Origin: an uncultured Coprobacillus sp.
GTDB lineage: Bacteria; Bacillota_I; Bacilli_A; ML615J-28; CAG-698
DNA: 37,364 bases
Reading direction: 5' to 3'
NCBI GenBank assembly: GCA_964534245.1
Contig: CAZHQU010000001.1
Coordinates: 1-37,364, forward strand
Part shown: positions 35,796-37,364 of the stretch, in pieces
Numbering within the stretch: position 1 is the stretch's first letter
Layout of the letters: each line of letters begins with the position of its first letter
The notes under the pieces: generated by a model
The model's database searches: none
What the model saw: only the letters and a program-made list of their open reading frames with translations
What the model was told of the DNA's origin: nothing
Position numbers and translations under genes: made by a program

Positions 35796-35893
35796 ATTCA
35801 CACCACCTTTCACTTTAGTTTATGTTAAAAAGTAAAATGTGTTAAAGGCAAATAACTATTTTCATAATATTTTTATTTTTCAAATAAATTATA

Positions 35894-36238
35894 ATGGGAG
35901 TGATGCTTATAAATAACTCAAACAATAACTTCTTTGATGATTTATCCAATTATGATTTCAAAGGCTTTTCTCAGTTTTTAGCATCCCTTTCTCCTTTAGA
36001 ATTTAGCACTATTGGTAGTGTATTAGGTATCTTATTATCTATACCATTAACATCCTCTGAATTAAATTCATTAGGAAACTTTTTAGAGCTTGTTGGTCAA
36101 GTTATGCTTACATATCAAGCACAACTCGAACTTATTACTCCATCATATCCAGAAAACGAAGAGTTTCAAAGACTTAAAGCTGACATAGATAAAAAGTATA
36201 ACGAACTTTTAGCAATCCTAAAAAAGTATAAAGTTTAG
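35894..36238 (+). CDS. hypothetical protein (114 aa), start uncertain
   Basis: Long ORF in a coding-like context, LSPLEFSTIGSVLGILLSIPLTSSELNSLGNFLELVGQVMLT. No SD before ATG 35894. TATAAT 35890-35895 would fit a leaderless start at ATG 35903. Confidence 0.5.
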   Translation: MGVMLINNSNNNFFDDLSNYDFKGFSQFLASLSPLEFSTIGSVLGILLSIPLTSSELNSLGNFLELVGQVMLTYQAQLELITPSYPENEEFQRLKADIDKKYNELLAILKKYKV

Positions 36239-36330
36239 ATTTATATAATATATATTTATAAAATATTTAATATTTTAGTCATATTTATTATTTCTCATGA
36301 ATATAATTATATTATATGAGGAGGTACATC

Positions 36331-37104
36331 ATGAACGTTAAAAGTATGGCTAGAGTTAAATACTCTTACAATTTAGATGGTATTAATCTTACCGGAGTCA
36401 CAACATCAAATGTTGTTAGTACTGAAGTTAGAAAAGTTGGATTGCTTGCAAGAAAGTTTGCTAGTAGCGATTTCTTTAAAGCTGGTGACATTATGTCATA
36501 TAATTTAGTAGTATCTAATACTGGCACTAATATTACTAACAATATTATTATTACTGATTCAATCACTAATCAAGATTTAATACCAAACACATTAAAATTC
36601 TGTTTACTCGATAACAATAGTAAACTTGATGTCACTTATGATTATAATGATGGCATTATTACTATTAGTATTCCATCACTAGATAGTCATAACATTTGTA
36701 TTATTTCATATAAAACTATTATGGGATCTAACGCAGAATCTGCTAAGTCTAAGCTTACTATCGAAAGTGATGATGTTGAAAAAATTAATACAAAAGATTT
36801 AGAACTAAAACAAGGATATGCTCGTATTGAGTGTTACAAGAAAGTTAATGATAATTATACTTATCTTAACTCTAATCTTACTTATGAACTTATTCTTAAA
36901 AACACTGGAAATGTTAGCGCATATAATGTTGAAGTTTTTGATGAACTTCCTCAAACATATGAACTAGATAGCGATAATCCTATTGTTTATGATGAATTAT
37001 CTTTACCATATACATATGAAAATAATATTCTTTCTTTCAATCTTCCTGAGGTTCCAGCAAACCAAGAAGTTACTGTTTTAATTAATGGTAAAATTATTAA
37101 ATAA
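36331..37104 (+). CDS. DUF11 (conserved repeat domain) protein without signal peptide
   Basis: Two repeats of the DUF11 pattern: MSYNLVVSNTGTNITNNIIITDSI and LTYELILKNTGNVSAYNVEVFDELP. Start moved to ATG 36331 (GAGGAGG, 6-nt spacer). Confidence 0.8.
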   Translation: MNVKSMARVKYSYNLDGINLTGVTTSNVVSTEVRKVGLLARKFASSDFFKAGDIMSYNLVVSNTGTNITNNIIITDSITNQDLIPNTLKFCLLDNNSKLDVTYDYNDGIITISIPSLDSHNICIISYKTIMGSNAESAKSKLTIESDDVEKINTKDLELKQGYARIECYKKVNDNYTYLNSNLTYELILKNTGNVSAYNVEVFDELPQTYELDSDNPIVYDELSLPYTYENNILSFNLPEVPANQEVTVLINGKIIK

Positions 37105-37114
37105 TAATATATTA

Positions 37115-37150
37115 AAAAGGGCTTATTAACCTATTCGGTTAAGCCCTTTT
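37115..37150. terminator. bidirectional rho-independent terminator between convergent genes
   Basis: AAAAGGGCTTA (37115-37125) / TAAGCCCTTTT (37140-37150) stem with a 14-nt loop. The A/T runs are part of the arms. Confidence 0.7.
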
Positions 37151-37175
37151 AACATTAAGAACATATTGTTTGAAT

Positions 37176-37364
37176 TTACAATTCTATATATCCTTGTGAA
37201 ATAATAAATATGGAAAAAGCCGTCATTAATAAGAATGATACTACCATTCCAATAAGTATTCTTTTAGCTCTTATTTTATTATTTCCACCTTTATTCCAAA
37301 GAACTGTAATTATTATAAATCCTATTAGATGACATAGTAATGGTCCTAGGAAGAACCAACCATA
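37176..37364 (-). CDS. 3' end of a membrane-protein gene truncated by the window edge
   Basis: Open frame from the window end to TAA (37176-37178): ...YGWFFLGPLLCHLIGFIIITVLWNKGGNNKIRAKRILIGMVVSFLLMTAFSIFIISQGYIEL. Two hydrophobic helices; no start codon in the window. Confidence 0.5.
   Translation of the reverse strand, partial: YGWFFLGPLLCHLIGFIIITVLWNKGGNNKIRAKRILIGMVVSFLLMTAFSIFIISQGYIEL

Noticed and set aside
35545-35835. 96-aa plus-strand ORF
   Set aside because: It has no SD and an odd composition. The minus strand here holds a micro-ORF with a strong SD and a recognisable YjcZ-like product, plus a second small ORF ending at a terminator.
36366-36566. 66-aa minus-strand ORF
   Set aside because: Antisense shadow inside the DUF11 gene.
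1-37364. Alternative genetic code (UGA = Trp), as in Mollicutes-related low-GC lineages
   Set aside because: All 30 genes of the ribosomal supercluster and pheST are full length under the standard code, Trp is encoded by TGG where I checked, and TGA terminates ORFs (for example at 31945 and 30153). There is no evidence for recoding.

Overview
AT-rich, low-GC Bacillota-type chromosomal segment. It uses the standard genetic code, Shine-Dalgarno sites and a T-box, and nearly every gene is on the minus strand.

Core content:
- pheS-pheT sits behind a Phe (UUC) T-box leader (1973-5723).
- One uninterrupted S10-spc-alpha ribosomal supercluster runs rpsJ->rplQ (13451-27955). It holds 30 genes, including secY, adk, map, infA, rpoA and an rpmJ missing from the ORF track. 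A consensus promoter at 28088-28116 drives it.

Accessory content:
1. A DinJ-YafQ toxin-antitoxin pair and a DUF2974-type hydrolase (1-1866).
2. A three-gene NTPase island (5753-8588) pressed against the pheS promoter. Its core is a tightly coupled pair: a 145-aa protein with only an ABC-signature-like LSGG motif, and a compact Walker A/B NTPase with a Toprim-like tail. A DUF4143-type ATPase/PD-(D/E)xK protein sits next to them. This is my best candidate for an undescribed (defence-like) system.
3. A membrane-anchored XRE regulator plus a membrane-anchored alpha/beta hydrolase (8730-10533).
4. Three modular surface lipoproteins. All have Listeria-Bacteroides (Flg_new) repeats; two also carry unusual extracellular His/Cys knuckle repeats and a Big_2 domain. 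Their C-terminal domains are SBP-like, BspA-type LRR or Amidase_2.
5. An operon (29638-32990) with three apparent frameshifts. These split a secreted streptopain-like cysteine peptidase and an LRR lipoprotein.
6. A ~165-bp promoter-plus-structured-upstream module present twice (13166-13330 and 33056-33222).
7. A 39-aa YjcZ-like micro-ORF hidden under a spurious plus-strand ORF, next to a DUF11-repeat protein.

No rRNA, tRNA, CRISPR array, transposase or integrase was seen.
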